A DNA stretch of 42,096 nucleotides from an uncultured archaeon (lineage in GTDB: Archaea > Hadarchaeota > Hadarchaeia > Hadarchaeales > WYZ-LMO6), in NCBI GenBank assembly GCA_938074535.1, contig CALJER010000043.1, positions 1-42,096 of the forward strand, in the 5' to 3' direction. The translations under genes and the position numbers were made by a program. The notes beneath the pieces were generated by a model. That model worked only from the letters and a program-made list of their open reading frames with translations, was not told the origin of the DNA and ran no database searches. Below are positions 28,078 to 36,833 of the stretch, piece after piece; positions within the stretch are counted from its first letter, which is position 1, and each line of letters begins with the position of its first letter.

Positions 28078-28855
28078 GCTTCGTGCCCTGGTGCTGGACC
28101 TGGACGGGGTCGTTTACGTGGGAAACAAATCCGTGGAGGGGGTGGCTGAGTTCCTTCACGAGTGGAGGGGGAAGGGCAGGAAGGTAGCCTTCGTCACCAA
28201 CAACTCCTCCCTCTCGAGAGGGGGATATGCCGCAAAGCTGGGAAAAATGGGAATCACCGCCCATCCCGGGGAGATCCTGACCTCAGGCTATCTCACGGCC
28301 GAGTACCTCCGGGGAAAGTCGCCCGGGGCGAGGGTCTATGTGGTGGGGGAAGGGGGGCTGAGGGAAGAGCTGAGGAGGGCTGGAATGAGGCTGGTGGGGG
28401 AGAGGGAATCGGCGGAGGCGGATTACGTGGTGGTGGGAATAGACAGGAAGTTCAACTACAGGAAGCTGGAGGCGGCTCTCAGGGCCCTGAACCGGGGGGC
28501 GGAGTTCCTGGCCACCAACGCGGATCCCACCTACCCCACCGAGAGGGGGCTCCTCCCAGGGGCCGGGGCCATGGTTGCGGCCCTTTCTTTTTCTTCGGGC
28601 AGGAGGCCCAGGATCATGGGGAAGCCCTCCACCAGGATGTACAGGGAGGCCCTCCGCCTCCTGGGGACGAGGCCGGGGGAGACGGCGGCGGTGGGGGACA
28701 GGCTGGACCTGGACGTGGCGCCCGCCAGGAGGCTGGGGATGGTTTCGATCCTGGTCTTGAGCGGGGTCACCAGGCGCGAGGACCTGAGGGGCCTCGAGGG
28801 AGGGAGGAGACCGGATTTGGTTCTGGAGAGGCTTCCTGACTTGGTGAGAGGATGA
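28070..28855 (+). CDS. HAD-IIA (NagD-like) phosphatase
   Basis: DLDGV, TNNS, TNAD, GKP, VGDRLDLD, VLSGV. Confidence 0.92.
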   Translation: MPELRALVLDLDGVVYVGNKSVEGVAEFLHEWRGKGRKVAFVTNNSSLSRGGYAAKLGKMGITAHPGEILTSGYLTAEYLRGKSPGARVYVVGEGGLREELRRAGMRLVGERESAEADYVVVGIDRKFNYRKLEAALRALNRGAEFLATNADPTYPTERGLLPGAGAMVAALSFSSGRRPRIMGKPSTRMYREALRLLGTRPGETAAVGDRLDLDVAPARRLGMVSILVLSGVTRREDLRGLEGGRRPDLVLERLPDLVRG

Positions 28856-31800
28856 AGGTGGAGATGAGCCAGTCGGTTGAGGCGTACTTCTCGGAGATAG
28901 AGCGCAGGGTGGAGGAAGCCTACGAGATCGCCCGCAGGGCCAGGCTGCAGGGAAAAGATCCCGAGCTGGAGCCCGAAATCCCCCAGGCGGAGGACATGGC
29001 CTCCAGGGTGGAGGAGATGGTGGGGCCCCCCGGGGTGAGCAGGGTGATAAGGGAGCTGGAGGGGAAGATGTCCCGCGAGGAGCTCGCCCTGAAGGTGGCG
29101 GAGATGATCGTGGACGGGGTGGTGGGTGAGGAGCCGAGCGACGAGAAGAGGGCGGAGCAGGCCGTGCGCACGGCCCTGGCTATCATCACCGAGGGAATAG
29201 CGGTGGCAGCTCCCCTGGAGGGTCTCACGGAGGTGAGGATAGAGAGGAATCCCGATGGCAGCCGGTACCTGGCCCTGTACTTCTCCGGGCCGATAAGGTC
29301 CGCGGGCGGGACGGCCGCCGCCCTGGCCGTGCTGGCGGGGGACTTCGTGCGCAGGAAGCTCTTGCTGGACAGATACAAGCCCACGAAGAGCGAGGTGGAG
29401 AGGTTCGTGGAGGAGGTCAACCTCTACTCCTCCGAGATTTCCCACCTCCAGTACACCCCCAGTCCGGACGAGGTCAGGCTGGCGGTGCGCAACCTTCCCG
29501 TGGAGATCACGGGTGAGCCCACGCACAGGGAGGTGATGGTGACGGCCTACCGCGACCTTCCCAGGGTGGGACACAACTTCGTCAGGGGTGGTGCCGTCCT
29601 GGCCCTCGCGGAGGGCGTGCTCCAGAAGGCCCCCAAGATCATGAAGTACGTGAGGAAGCTGGGGATGGAGGGATGGGATTGGCTGGAGGAGCTCATGCAG
29701 CATCCCGCTTCGGAGAAGGAGGAGGTGGAGGAGGCCAGGTACCTGGAGGAGGTGATAGGGGGGAGGCCCGTCATCTCCTACCCCGGAAGGCCCGGTGGCT
29801 TCAGGCTCAGGTACGGGAGAGCGAGGAACACGGGCATAGCGGCGGTGGGTGTGCACCCCGCCACCATGGTGGTGCTGGGAGGCTTTCTCGCGGTGGGCAC
29901 GCAGCTCAAGCTGGAGCGTCCCGGCAAGGGGGGGGCCGTGGCCCCCGTGGATACCATAGAGGGTCCCACGGTGAAGCTCCAGGACGGCTCCGTGGTGAGG
30001 GTTTCCTCCGTGGAGGAGGCGGAGAGGCTGAAAGGTCAGATAGAGGAAATCCTGTGCCTGGGGGACCTCCTGGTGGACTTCGGGGAGTTCCTGGAGAACA
30101 ACCATCCCCTTCTCCCCGCGGGATACTGCGAGGAGTGGTGGGCCCAGGAGGTGGAGCGGGCGGGTAAGGGGTTCCCGCAGGATCTCTCCCCCTACCTCTT
30201 CCCCCCCTATCCCGTCCCTCCCCCCGGGCTGGCGGTGGAAATCTCGGAGAAGCTGGGAGTTCCCCTTCATCCCTGGTACACCTACCTCTACCACGAGGTG
30301 GAGAGGGAGGACCTCCTCAGGCTGGCCAGGTGGCTGTGCCGGGGGGAGGCCGAGTTCGAGGGGGAAGAGCTCAAGGGTCTGACCCTGCCGCTTGAAAGGG
30401 AGCCCAAGAGGATCCTGGAGCTCCTCTGCGTGCCCCACCGGGTGGAGGGGGACAGGGTCAGGATAGAGGAGCACGCCCTCCCCCTCTGCCGGACGCTGGG
30501 GATTCTGAAGGGAAGGGAGAGGACCACGGAGAGGCTGGAGGCGGAGGATGAGAGGGACGTGATGCTCCTGCTGGAGAAAGTGGCCGGCTTTCCCGTCAGG
30601 AGGAAGGCCCCCACCTGGATAGGGAGCAAGATGGGGAGGCCGGAGAAGGCGAAGCCCAGGGAGATGGATCCCCCTCCCCACCTCCTCTTTCCGGTGGGGC
30701 AGGCGGGTGGTCCCACCAGGAGCCTCCTGAAGGCCGCCTCCTCCAGGGAGGAACTGAGGGTGGAGCTGGCGAACCTGAAGTGCCCCTCCTGCGGCACGCT
30801 GGGAATCACAAGGAAGTGCCCCTCCTGCGGGGAGAAAACGGAGTTCGTGAAGCTCTGCCCCAAGTGCGGCAGACCCGCCAGGGGGAGGTGCCAGACCTGC
30901 GGGGCGAGGGAGGAGTTCTTCAGCGAGAGGCTGGTGAACCTGAAGGAAATGCTGGAGGAGGCCGAGAAAAGGCTGGGGGAAAAGGCGCCGGCGGACCTCA
31001 AGGGTGTGAGGGGGATGAGCAGCGCCTACAAAGTGCCGGAGCCCCTGGAGAAAGGAATTCTAAGGGCGAAGCATGGTCTGCGCGTGTTCAAGGACGGGAC
31101 CGTGCGCTTCGATGCCACCAACCTTCCTCTCACCCATTTCCGTCCCAAAGAGGTGGGGGTCTCGGTGGAGCGTCTGAGGGAGCTCGGCTACACCAGGGAC
31201 TACCTGGGGGAGCCCCTGGAGAGGGAGGATCAGCTGGTGGAGCTGAAGGTGCAGGATCTCCTCCTTTGTGAAGAGGGTGCCAAGTACTTGCTCGGGGTTT
31301 CCAAGTTCCTGGACGAGCTCCTCCAGAAGTTTTACGGTTTGCCCCCCTACTACAGGGCGCAGCGCAAGGAGGACCTCCTGGGCCACCTGGTTCTGGGTCT
31401 TTCCCCCCACACCTCCGTGGGCATGGTGGGGAGAATAGTGGGCTTCACGAAGGCCAACGTGGGTTATGCCCACCCCTACTTCCACGCCGCCAAGCGCCGC
31501 GATTGCGACGGCGACGAAGATGCCGTGATGCTCCTGCTGGATGCCCTCCTCAACTTCAGCAGGAAGTTCCTCCCCGCGAGCAGGGGGGGCTTCATGGATG
31601 CCCCCCTCGTCCTCAACCTGAGGATAGATCCCAGGGAGGTGGACAAGGAGGTCCACAACATGGATGTCATGTTCAGGTACCCGCTCGAGTTCTACGAGGC
31701 CACCCTCAAACAGGTTCATCCCAGCGAGGTGCTGGCCAGGATGGAAACCGTGGAGAAGAGGCTCGGGACCAGGGGCCAGTACGAGGGCCTGGCCTTCAAC

Positions 31801-32256
31801 GTGCACACCTCGGACCTCTCCAGTGGACCCCTCGTCTCCATCTATTCCACCCTGGAGACCATGGAGGAGAAGGTGATGGCGCAGCTGAACCTGGCCAGGA
31901 AGATCAGGGCGGTGGACGAGAGGGATGTGGCGGAGAGGGTGATAGAGCACCACCTCATCCCGGACCTGAAGGGCAACCTGCGCAAGTTCTCCACCCAGCA
32001 GTTCAGGTGCACGAGCTGCAACGCGAAGTACAGGCGCCTTCCCCTCACCGGGGTTTGCAGCGAGTGCGGGGGGAACCTCGTCCTCACCGTTCCCAGAGGG
32101 GGTGTGGAAAAGTACCTGCGCACCGCCATGAGGGTGGCGGAGGAGTTCGGAGTGAGAGAATACACCAAGCAGCGTCTGAAGCTGATGGAGAGTGACATAA
32201 AGTCGGTGTTTGAGAGCGATGCCGAGAAACAGACCAGCTTGGCCGACTTTCTGTGA
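28852..32256 (+). CDS. polC: DNA polymerase D large catalytic subunit DP2
   Basis: GPIRSAGGT, GRPEKA, AKRRDCDGDED, Zn fingers, C-terminal PIP box QTSLADFL; no intein. Confidence 0.97.
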   Translation: MKVEMSQSVEAYFSEIERRVEEAYEIARRARLQGKDPELEPEIPQAEDMASRVEEMVGPPGVSRVIRELEGKMSREELALKVAEMIVDGVVGEEPSDEKRAEQAVRTALAIITEGIAVAAPLEGLTEVRIERNPDGSRYLALYFSGPIRSAGGTAAALAVLAGDFVRRKLLLDRYKPTKSEVERFVEEVNLYSSEISHLQYTPSPDEVRLAVRNLPVEITGEPTHREVMVTAYRDLPRVGHNFVRGGAVLALAEGVLQKAPKIMKYVRKLGMEGWDWLEELMQHPASEKEEVEEARYLEEVIGGRPVISYPGRPGGFRLRYGRARNTGIAAVGVHPATMVVLGGFLAVGTQLKLERPGKGGAVAPVDTIEGPTVKLQDGSVVRVSSVEEAERLKGQIEEILCLGDLLVDFGEFLENNHPLLPAGYCEEWWAQEVERAGKGFPQDLSPYLFPPYPVPPPGLAVEISEKLGVPLHPWYTYLYHEVEREDLLRLARWLCRGEAEFEGEELKGLTLPLEREPKRILELLCVPHRVEGDRVRIEEHALPLCRTLGILKGRERTTERLEAEDERDVMLLLEKVAGFPVRRKAPTWIGSKMGRPEKAKPREMDPPPHLLFPVGQAGGPTRSLLKAASSREELRVELANLKCPSCGTLGITRKCPSCGEKTEFVKLCPKCGRPARGRCQTCGAREEFFSERLVNLKEMLEEAEKRLGEKAPADLKGVRGMSSAYKVPEPLEKGILRAKHGLRVFKDGTVRFDATNLPLTHFRPKEVGVSVERLRELGYTRDYLGEPLEREDQLVELKVQDLLLCEEGAKYLLGVSKFLDELLQKFYGLPPYYRAQRKEDLLGHLVLGLSPHTSVGMVGRIVGFTKANVGYAHPYFHAAKRRDCDGDEDAVMLLLDALLNFSRKFLPASRGGFMDAPLVLNLRIDPREVDKEVHNMDVMFRYPLEFYEATLKQVHPSEVLARMETVEKRLGTRGQYEGLAFNVHTSDLSSGPLVSIYSTLETMEEKVMAQLNLARKIRAVDERDVAERVIEHHLIPDLKGNLRKFSTQQFRCTSCNAKYRRLPLTGVCSECGGNLVLTVPRGGVEKYLRTAMRVAEEFGVREYTKQRLKLMESDIKSVFESDAEKQTSLADFL

Positions 32257-32293
32257 TTCCAAGGCTTTTATCCAGGCTTGGAAAAGAGAAACG

Positions 32294-32833
32294 ATGGAGG
32301 GGGAATATCGGAAGGCAAAGAAGGAGATAGAGGAGTATCTGAGCCGCCACTGGAAGAAGGCCTTTGAGATGTGGATGGGATGCTTGGTGGACGCGGGAGA
32401 AATTCTGGAGTTCGCACCCCCGATGGAGGTGAGGGAGGACATCTGGAGGGACACCTGCAACACCTTCCTCTACGACACGGGCTTCAGGTCGGGGAAGAGG
32501 GTGGCCCAGTGGCTCTACCGCACCTTCGGGCTGGGGAAGAAGAGCCTGAAGGAGAGGACCATCTACACGGACATCTTCTTCGTTGAGAGCGGACTGGGGG
32601 AGATAGAGCTCCTGGGGGAGAAGGGGGGGAGGATCCTGAGGTTCAGGAGGGGGAGCTTCATCGCCAGGGAGACGGGAAGGGTGGGAAGAAAGGCCTGTCA
32701 CTACCTGGCGGGCTTCATCGCCGGGGCCACCCAGCACTTCACGGGCAAGGACTGCAGGGTGGAGGAGCTGAGGTGCTACTCCAACAGGGATCCCCACTGC
32801 GACTTCCTGGTCAGGCTCCTGGGTTCCACTTAG
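32294..32833 (+). CDS. V4R-domain protein
   Basis: GLGEI, CHYLAGFIAG, VEELRC....DPHCDF. Confidence 0.85.
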   Translation: MEGEYRKAKKEIEEYLSRHWKKAFEMWMGCLVDAGEILEFAPPMEVREDIWRDTCNTFLYDTGFRSGKRVAQWLYRTFGLGKKSLKERTIYTDIFFVESGLGEIELLGEKGGRILRFRRGSFIARETGRVGRKACHYLAGFIAGATQHFTGKDCRVEELRCYSNRDPHCDFLVRLLGST

Positions 32834-32864
32834 GCTATATTTTCGGTCGCCCACCTTCTCAGGG

Positions 32865-32953
32865 GCCGGGGTAGCCTAGCCAGGTAAGGCGACAGCCTCG
32901 AGAGCTGTTGACCCTTTGAGGTCTCGAGGGTTCAAATCCCTCCCCCGGCGCCA
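32865..32953 (+). tRNA. tRNA-Ser(CGA)
   Basis: GCCGGGG/CCCCGGC, ACAGC-CTCGAGA-GCTGT, long variable arm, encoded CCA. Confidence 0.96.
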
Positions 32954-32968
32954 GTTCGCCGCGAGCTT

Positions 32969-33580
32969 TCACTCGGGGATTCTGGTTTGGAGGGAAGACC
33001 TTCTTCCGGCTCGGGCGGCCGTCGGGACGGGGATTCCCACCCTGACGAGGAGCCTGGCCATTCCCACCAGCGGGGGGACGAAGACGAGGGAGCAGAGATG
33101 GTAGAGGGTGAAGGGCACCTGCCCTATGAAGGAGACCCAGAGGGGCGCGTGCAGGAGCGACCACCCCACGATTCCGGTCCAGAAGTCGAAGAGAAGGATG
33201 GCGATGGCCGTGGTGACCAGGCTGGAGCCGAGGAGCCTGCCGAGCTTTTCGAAGGGGGAGAGCCTGCTGCGGAGGCCGAGGGACCAGGCGAGGAGAAAGC
33301 CCGTCCAGGTGAAGAGGTAGATGGGTCTCGGGCCCCAGACGGCAAGGTCCGTGAGGAAGACCGCCAGGAGGGCCACCACCCCGAAGTAGCGGGTCACCCA
33401 TCCCCAGAGCCCTTCCTTCAGGGGAGGGGAGAAGGAGCCCACGACCACCAGCGTGGGTATCACGAGCTCCAGGTTGGGAAGGGTTATCCCCGAGAGATAG
33501 AGCAGCTTGCTCATTCCCACCAGCAGAGCTCCGAAGAGGACGAAGAGCTTGAACCTACCGGAGGGGAAGAGCTCCTCCAT
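32969..33580 (-). CDS. Integral membrane protein, ECF S-component-like
   Basis: About 200 aa with 5-6 hydrophobic segments, PN motif after first helix, PF..H near the end; family call tentative. Confidence 0.6.
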   Translation of the reverse strand: MEELFPSGRFKLFVLFGALLVGMSKLLYLSGITLPNLELVIPTLVVVGSFSPPLKEGLWGWVTRYFGVVALLAVFLTDLAVWGPRPIYLFTWTGFLLAWSLGLRSRLSPFEKLGRLLGSSLVTTAIAILLFDFWTGIVGWSLLHAPLWVSFIGQVPFTLYHLCSLVFVPPLVGMARLLVRVGIPVPTAARAGRRSSLQTRIPE

Positions 33581-33632
33581 CTTATTGGATGGTATATCCA
33601 ATATTTAAATAAGCTGGATATCCAGTTTTACG

Positions 33633-34343
33633 GTGAGGGTCCATCACCTCGCCCGGTCTTCCTGCCTGAGGGAGGTTTACCTCCATTTCCGCGGGTGCAA
33701 CTTCAGCTGCCTGGGCTGCGTGGGGAGGGGCTTTCCCTACGATGTGCACCTCGGGGAACCCCCTAGGGGCAAGCCACGCCTCTTGAGCTTGAGGGAGCTC
33801 TTGGGGCTCCTGGACGGAGCAGGGCCGGGCAGGGCTTTTCTGGTGGGGGGTGAGCCCACCCTCGACCCCCATCTCCCCCTCCTCATCCGGGAGCTGGGGG
33901 AGAGGGGAATCCAAGTACATTTTTTGACCAACGGCTGCCAGCTGCCGGATGGGGTGCCGGAGGAGGTTGAGGGCATTTGCATGAGCCTGAAGGCCCACTC
34001 TTCCCCCCTCCACCGGTTCCTGACCGGAAGGGACAACCGAAGGGTACTGGAGAACTTTAGGAAAGTCCACGAAGAGGGCATCCCCCTTTCCGCGGAGACC
34101 GTACATCTTTCCGGTCTGGTGGAAAAGGGGGAAATAGGGAAGATAGCCAGGTTCATCTCCCCCTTGGATGATACCATCCCCTATCACCTAGATGTCTATC
34201 TCGCCGTGAACGGGAGGTGGAGGGCTCCTCACCCCTGGGAGGTGGAGGAGGCGGCGGGGGAAGCGGGCAAGTACCTGAAGAAGGTGACCCATTTCGCGGG
34301 AAGGGAAAAGCCGATCGGGGAGGTGGTGAGCCTTTTCCCCTGA
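33633..34343 (+). CDS. Radical SAM protein (PFL-activase-like)
   Basis: CNFSCLGC, GGEPT, TNG, SLKA. Confidence 0.85.
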   Translation: MRVHHLARSSCLREVYLHFRGCNFSCLGCVGRGFPYDVHLGEPPRGKPRLLSLRELLGLLDGAGPGRAFLVGGEPTLDPHLPLLIRELGERGIQVHFLTNGCQLPDGVPEEVEGICMSLKAHSSPLHRFLTGRDNRRVLENFRKVHEEGIPLSAETVHLSGLVEKGEIGKIARFISPLDDTIPYHLDVYLAVNGRWRAPHPWEVEEAAGEAGKYLKKVTHFAGREKPIGEVVSLFP

Positions 34344-34350
34344 AGCCGTC

Positions 34351-35004
34351 GTGGTCTCCTGGAGCGGTGGAAAGGAGAGCGCCCATGCTCTCTGGCGAGT
34401 CCTGAGGGAGGGAAGGGCGGTGCCTGTGTGCCTGCTCACCGTTCTCACGGAAGGTTATGAGAGGGTGAGCATGCACGGGGTAAGGAGGGAGCTGGTGGAG
34501 GAACAGGCCAGGGCGCTGGGTTTCCCCCTCCACCTGGTCTACCTTCCCAGGGAGTGTTCGAACGAGGAGTATGAGAGGAGGATGGGGGAGGCGGTGCGGG
34601 GCTTTCTGGAGAAGGGAGTGAGAGGCTGGGTCTTCGGGGACGTCTGGCTGGAGGAGGTCAGGAGGTACAGGGAGGAAAAACTGCTAGCCGGGGGTGCGGT
34701 CGGATACTTTCCCCTCTGGGGGAGGGGGAGCAGCAGGCTCGTGGGTGAGTTTTTGAGCGCCGGCTTTCGTGCGGTGGTGGTGTGCGTGGACGGGAGGGTG
34801 CTGAACCCCTCCTTTTTGGGCAGGGAGGTGGACAGGAACTTCCTCAGGGAGCTCCCCTCCTCCGTGGATCCGGCGGGGGAGAAAGGGGAGTATCATTGCT
34901 TTGTGTGGGATGGCCCGATTTTCAGGTATCCGGTTCCTTTCGAAAAAGGCGAGGTCGTGAAGAGGGGGGACTTCTACTTCTGCGATCTGATTCCCGAGGT
35001 CTAG
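34351..35004 (+). CDS. PP-loop ATP pyrophosphatase, Dph6/MJ0570 family
   Basis: SWSGGKES, MHGVR, FGD, FPLW, DPAGEKGEYH, DGPIF. Confidence 0.88.
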   Translation: MVSWSGGKESAHALWRVLREGRAVPVCLLTVLTEGYERVSMHGVRRELVEEQARALGFPLHLVYLPRECSNEEYERRMGEAVRGFLEKGVRGWVFGDVWLEEVRRYREEKLLAGGAVGYFPLWGRGSSRLVGEFLSAGFRAVVVCVDGRVLNPSFLGREVDRNFLRELPSSVDPAGEKGEYHCFVWDGPIFRYPVPFEKGEVVKRGDFYFCDLIPEV

Positions 35005-35034
35005 CCGGAGGAGTTTTTTCCGGAAGCTTCGGGC

Positions 35035-35116
35035 GACGGGGCTGTTCCCCGGCGTGTGGACGCCCTTTTCATCGCTTCGCTCGAGGGGCCATGGCTACCG
35101 GGGGAAGCGCCCCGTC
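35035..35116 (-). ncRNA. Candidate structured sRNA (H/ACA-like hairpin with apical K-turn)
   Basis: Nested stems GACGGGGC/GCCCCGTC and TTCCCCGG/CCGGGGGAA; minus strand has GA..GAUGA and ACA after the lower stem. Confidence 0.4.
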
Positions 35117-35233
35117 AAGGTGGGTGGAAAAGAAAGTTTTTAGCCTTCACCGGGGGGTCCAGGTCCGTCCGAAGGGGCTGAAGAGGGCTCAAGGGGGACA
35201 GACTTTTACTTTCATGTTCAAAGAAAAGAGGAA

Positions 35234-35309
35234 GCCGCCGTAGCTCAGCCGGTAGAGCGACCGCCTCGTAAGCGGTAGGTCGTGGGTTCGATCCCCACCG
35301 GCGGCTCCA
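35234..35309 (+). tRNA. tRNA-Thr(CGU)
   Basis: GCCGCCG/CGGCGGC, ACCGC-CTCGTAA-GCGGT, encoded CCA. Confidence 0.96.
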
Positions 35310-35372
35310 CAAAAGAAGTCTTTGCTTCAGGCAGCCAAATGATTCGAGGCGCGAAACCTTCAATGGGTGGTT

Positions 35373-35913
35373 TTACTCCCTGTTCAGAATGAGGGCGTTG
35401 GTGTCCGTGTAAACCCTCTGAGTGTACCCCATGGACCATGAGTCATCCCAAGTACCCTGTATGAGGTCGGAGGTGAAGCTGAACTCTCCCACGATCCTGC
35501 TGCCGCTCATCACCGTCAATCTCGACCCGCTGACGATACCCGTGAAGAAAGAGGGAGAGACATCGGGGACGTAGCCGGAGCCTGAAACCAGCTGCCGGCT
35601 GGAAACGGTGAAGCGCTGCTCGATGCGCACCGTGTTTTCGGAGCTGCCTCTTGTTACTACCCAGGTGACCATCCGCTCTTCCGAGCCCACCTCCTCAAGC
35701 TCGGGCCAGTTTCGAAAATCGGTCTGGATGCGAAAGGTCACGGGGAAGGTGGTTTTCCAGGTACCCTCCAGCTCGGGCCGGTGTGAGAGTAGATCCGTAA
35801 CCCAGGGTCAGTACGTAGTGATAGAGGAGGTAAGCACCCGCTATTATCCCTAAACCGGCCAGTATCGCCGCTAGGGCTGCGGTTGAGGTTCCTTTTTTCT
35901 CCGCAAGAAACAT
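35373..35913 (-). pseudogene. Frameshifted exported beta-rich protein
   Basis: Signal-anchor ORF 35913-35695 and beta-rich ORF ending 35373 join by one frame change near 35774. Confidence 0.6.
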
Positions 35914-36059
35914 ACCGTCTCTCGCCTTATTAAACCTGGTATTAAGCCAGGATTCCGCAACTTCTTTCCCTGTGGGACAGAAAGGGTAGAAAGCCGCTCT
36001 CCCGTCTCGAAGGAGCCTGGGGTGGGTGTCTAATAGGAAGCCGTCCAGAGAGGAGAAGG

Positions 36060-36833
36060 ATGGAGTGCTCCCTCCTGGTGGTGGGTAACGAAATCTTGGA
36101 CGGGACGGTGAGGGAGGAGAACGCCTCCTGGCTGGCGGGAAGGCTGAACGCCCTCGGGTTCAGGGTGAGGAAGATTGGGGTGGTGGGAGACGGTGAGGAG
36201 GAGATAGAGGAGGGACTGGAGTGGGTGATGGCTGGGTCCCGCTTCGTCTTCGTGTGCGGCGGGCTGGGCGGCACTCCGGACGACAGGACCAGGGAGGCCG
36301 TGGCGAAGAGGCTGGGGAGAAGGCTGGTCCAGCACGAGGTGGCCCGAAGGGAGCTGGAGGAGAAACTGGAGAAGCTCAGCCGATGGGGCATAGAACTAGG
36401 GGGAAGGGAGTGGATCATGAAGATGAGCCTGGTGCCCGAGGGGGGAGAGATACTGAAGAACCGGCTGGGCATGGCGCCGGGCATCAGGCTCTCCGCCGGG
36501 GAGGTCACGCTGTTCCTCCTTCCGGGCGTGCCGGTGGAGCTGAAGGTGATCTTCGCCGAGGAGGTGGAGCCCCTCCTCGGAAGGGGGGAGGAGAGGGAGG
36601 TGGTGGAGCTGACGCTGGGATCCGAGGAGACCAGGTTCAGCGGGCTGGCGGAGGAGCTGGAGAGGGAATGCGGGGTGGTGGTGGGGATGTATCCCCTCTT
36701 CGGCAGGCTGGAGGTGAGGATGAGGATCGTGGGAAAGGCGGGCAGGGCGGCGGAGGCGGCGAGGAGGGTTAAGGAGGAGGCGGAGAGAGCTGGGGTCCCC
36801 CTCCTTGCGGAGAGGAGCTTCAGATTAGGATGA
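36060..36833 (+). CDS. CinA-like molybdopterin-binding-domain protein
   Basis: VGNEILDG, VGD, GGLGGTPDDRT, N..GMAPG, LPGVP.E. Confidence 0.9.
   Translation: MECSLLVVGNEILDGTVREENASWLAGRLNALGFRVRKIGVVGDGEEEIEEGLEWVMAGSRFVFVCGGLGGTPDDRTREAVAKRLGRRLVQHEVARRELEEKLEKLSRWGIELGGREWIMKMSLVPEGGEILKNRLGMAPGIRLSAGEVTLFLLPGVPVELKVIFAEEVEPLLGRGEEREVVELTLGSEETRFSGLAEELERECGVVVGMYPLFGRLEVRMRIVGKAGRAAEAARRVKEEAERAGVPLLAERSFRLG

Noticed and set aside
28531-30681. 716-aa minus-strand ORF and similar long antisense ORFs (2007-3512, 6380-8125, 26338-27813)
   Set aside because: Antisense shadows of GC-rich genes; P/L/H-rich with no recognisable motifs
31818-31827. CTCCAGTGGA ORB core inside DP2
   Set aside because: Lacks the AAC spacer and G-string; isolated in GC-rich coding sequence
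35150-35190. CAGGTCC resembling SRP RNA helix 8
   Set aside because: No GNRA loop followed by GGAAGCA and too little space for an archaeal SRP RNA
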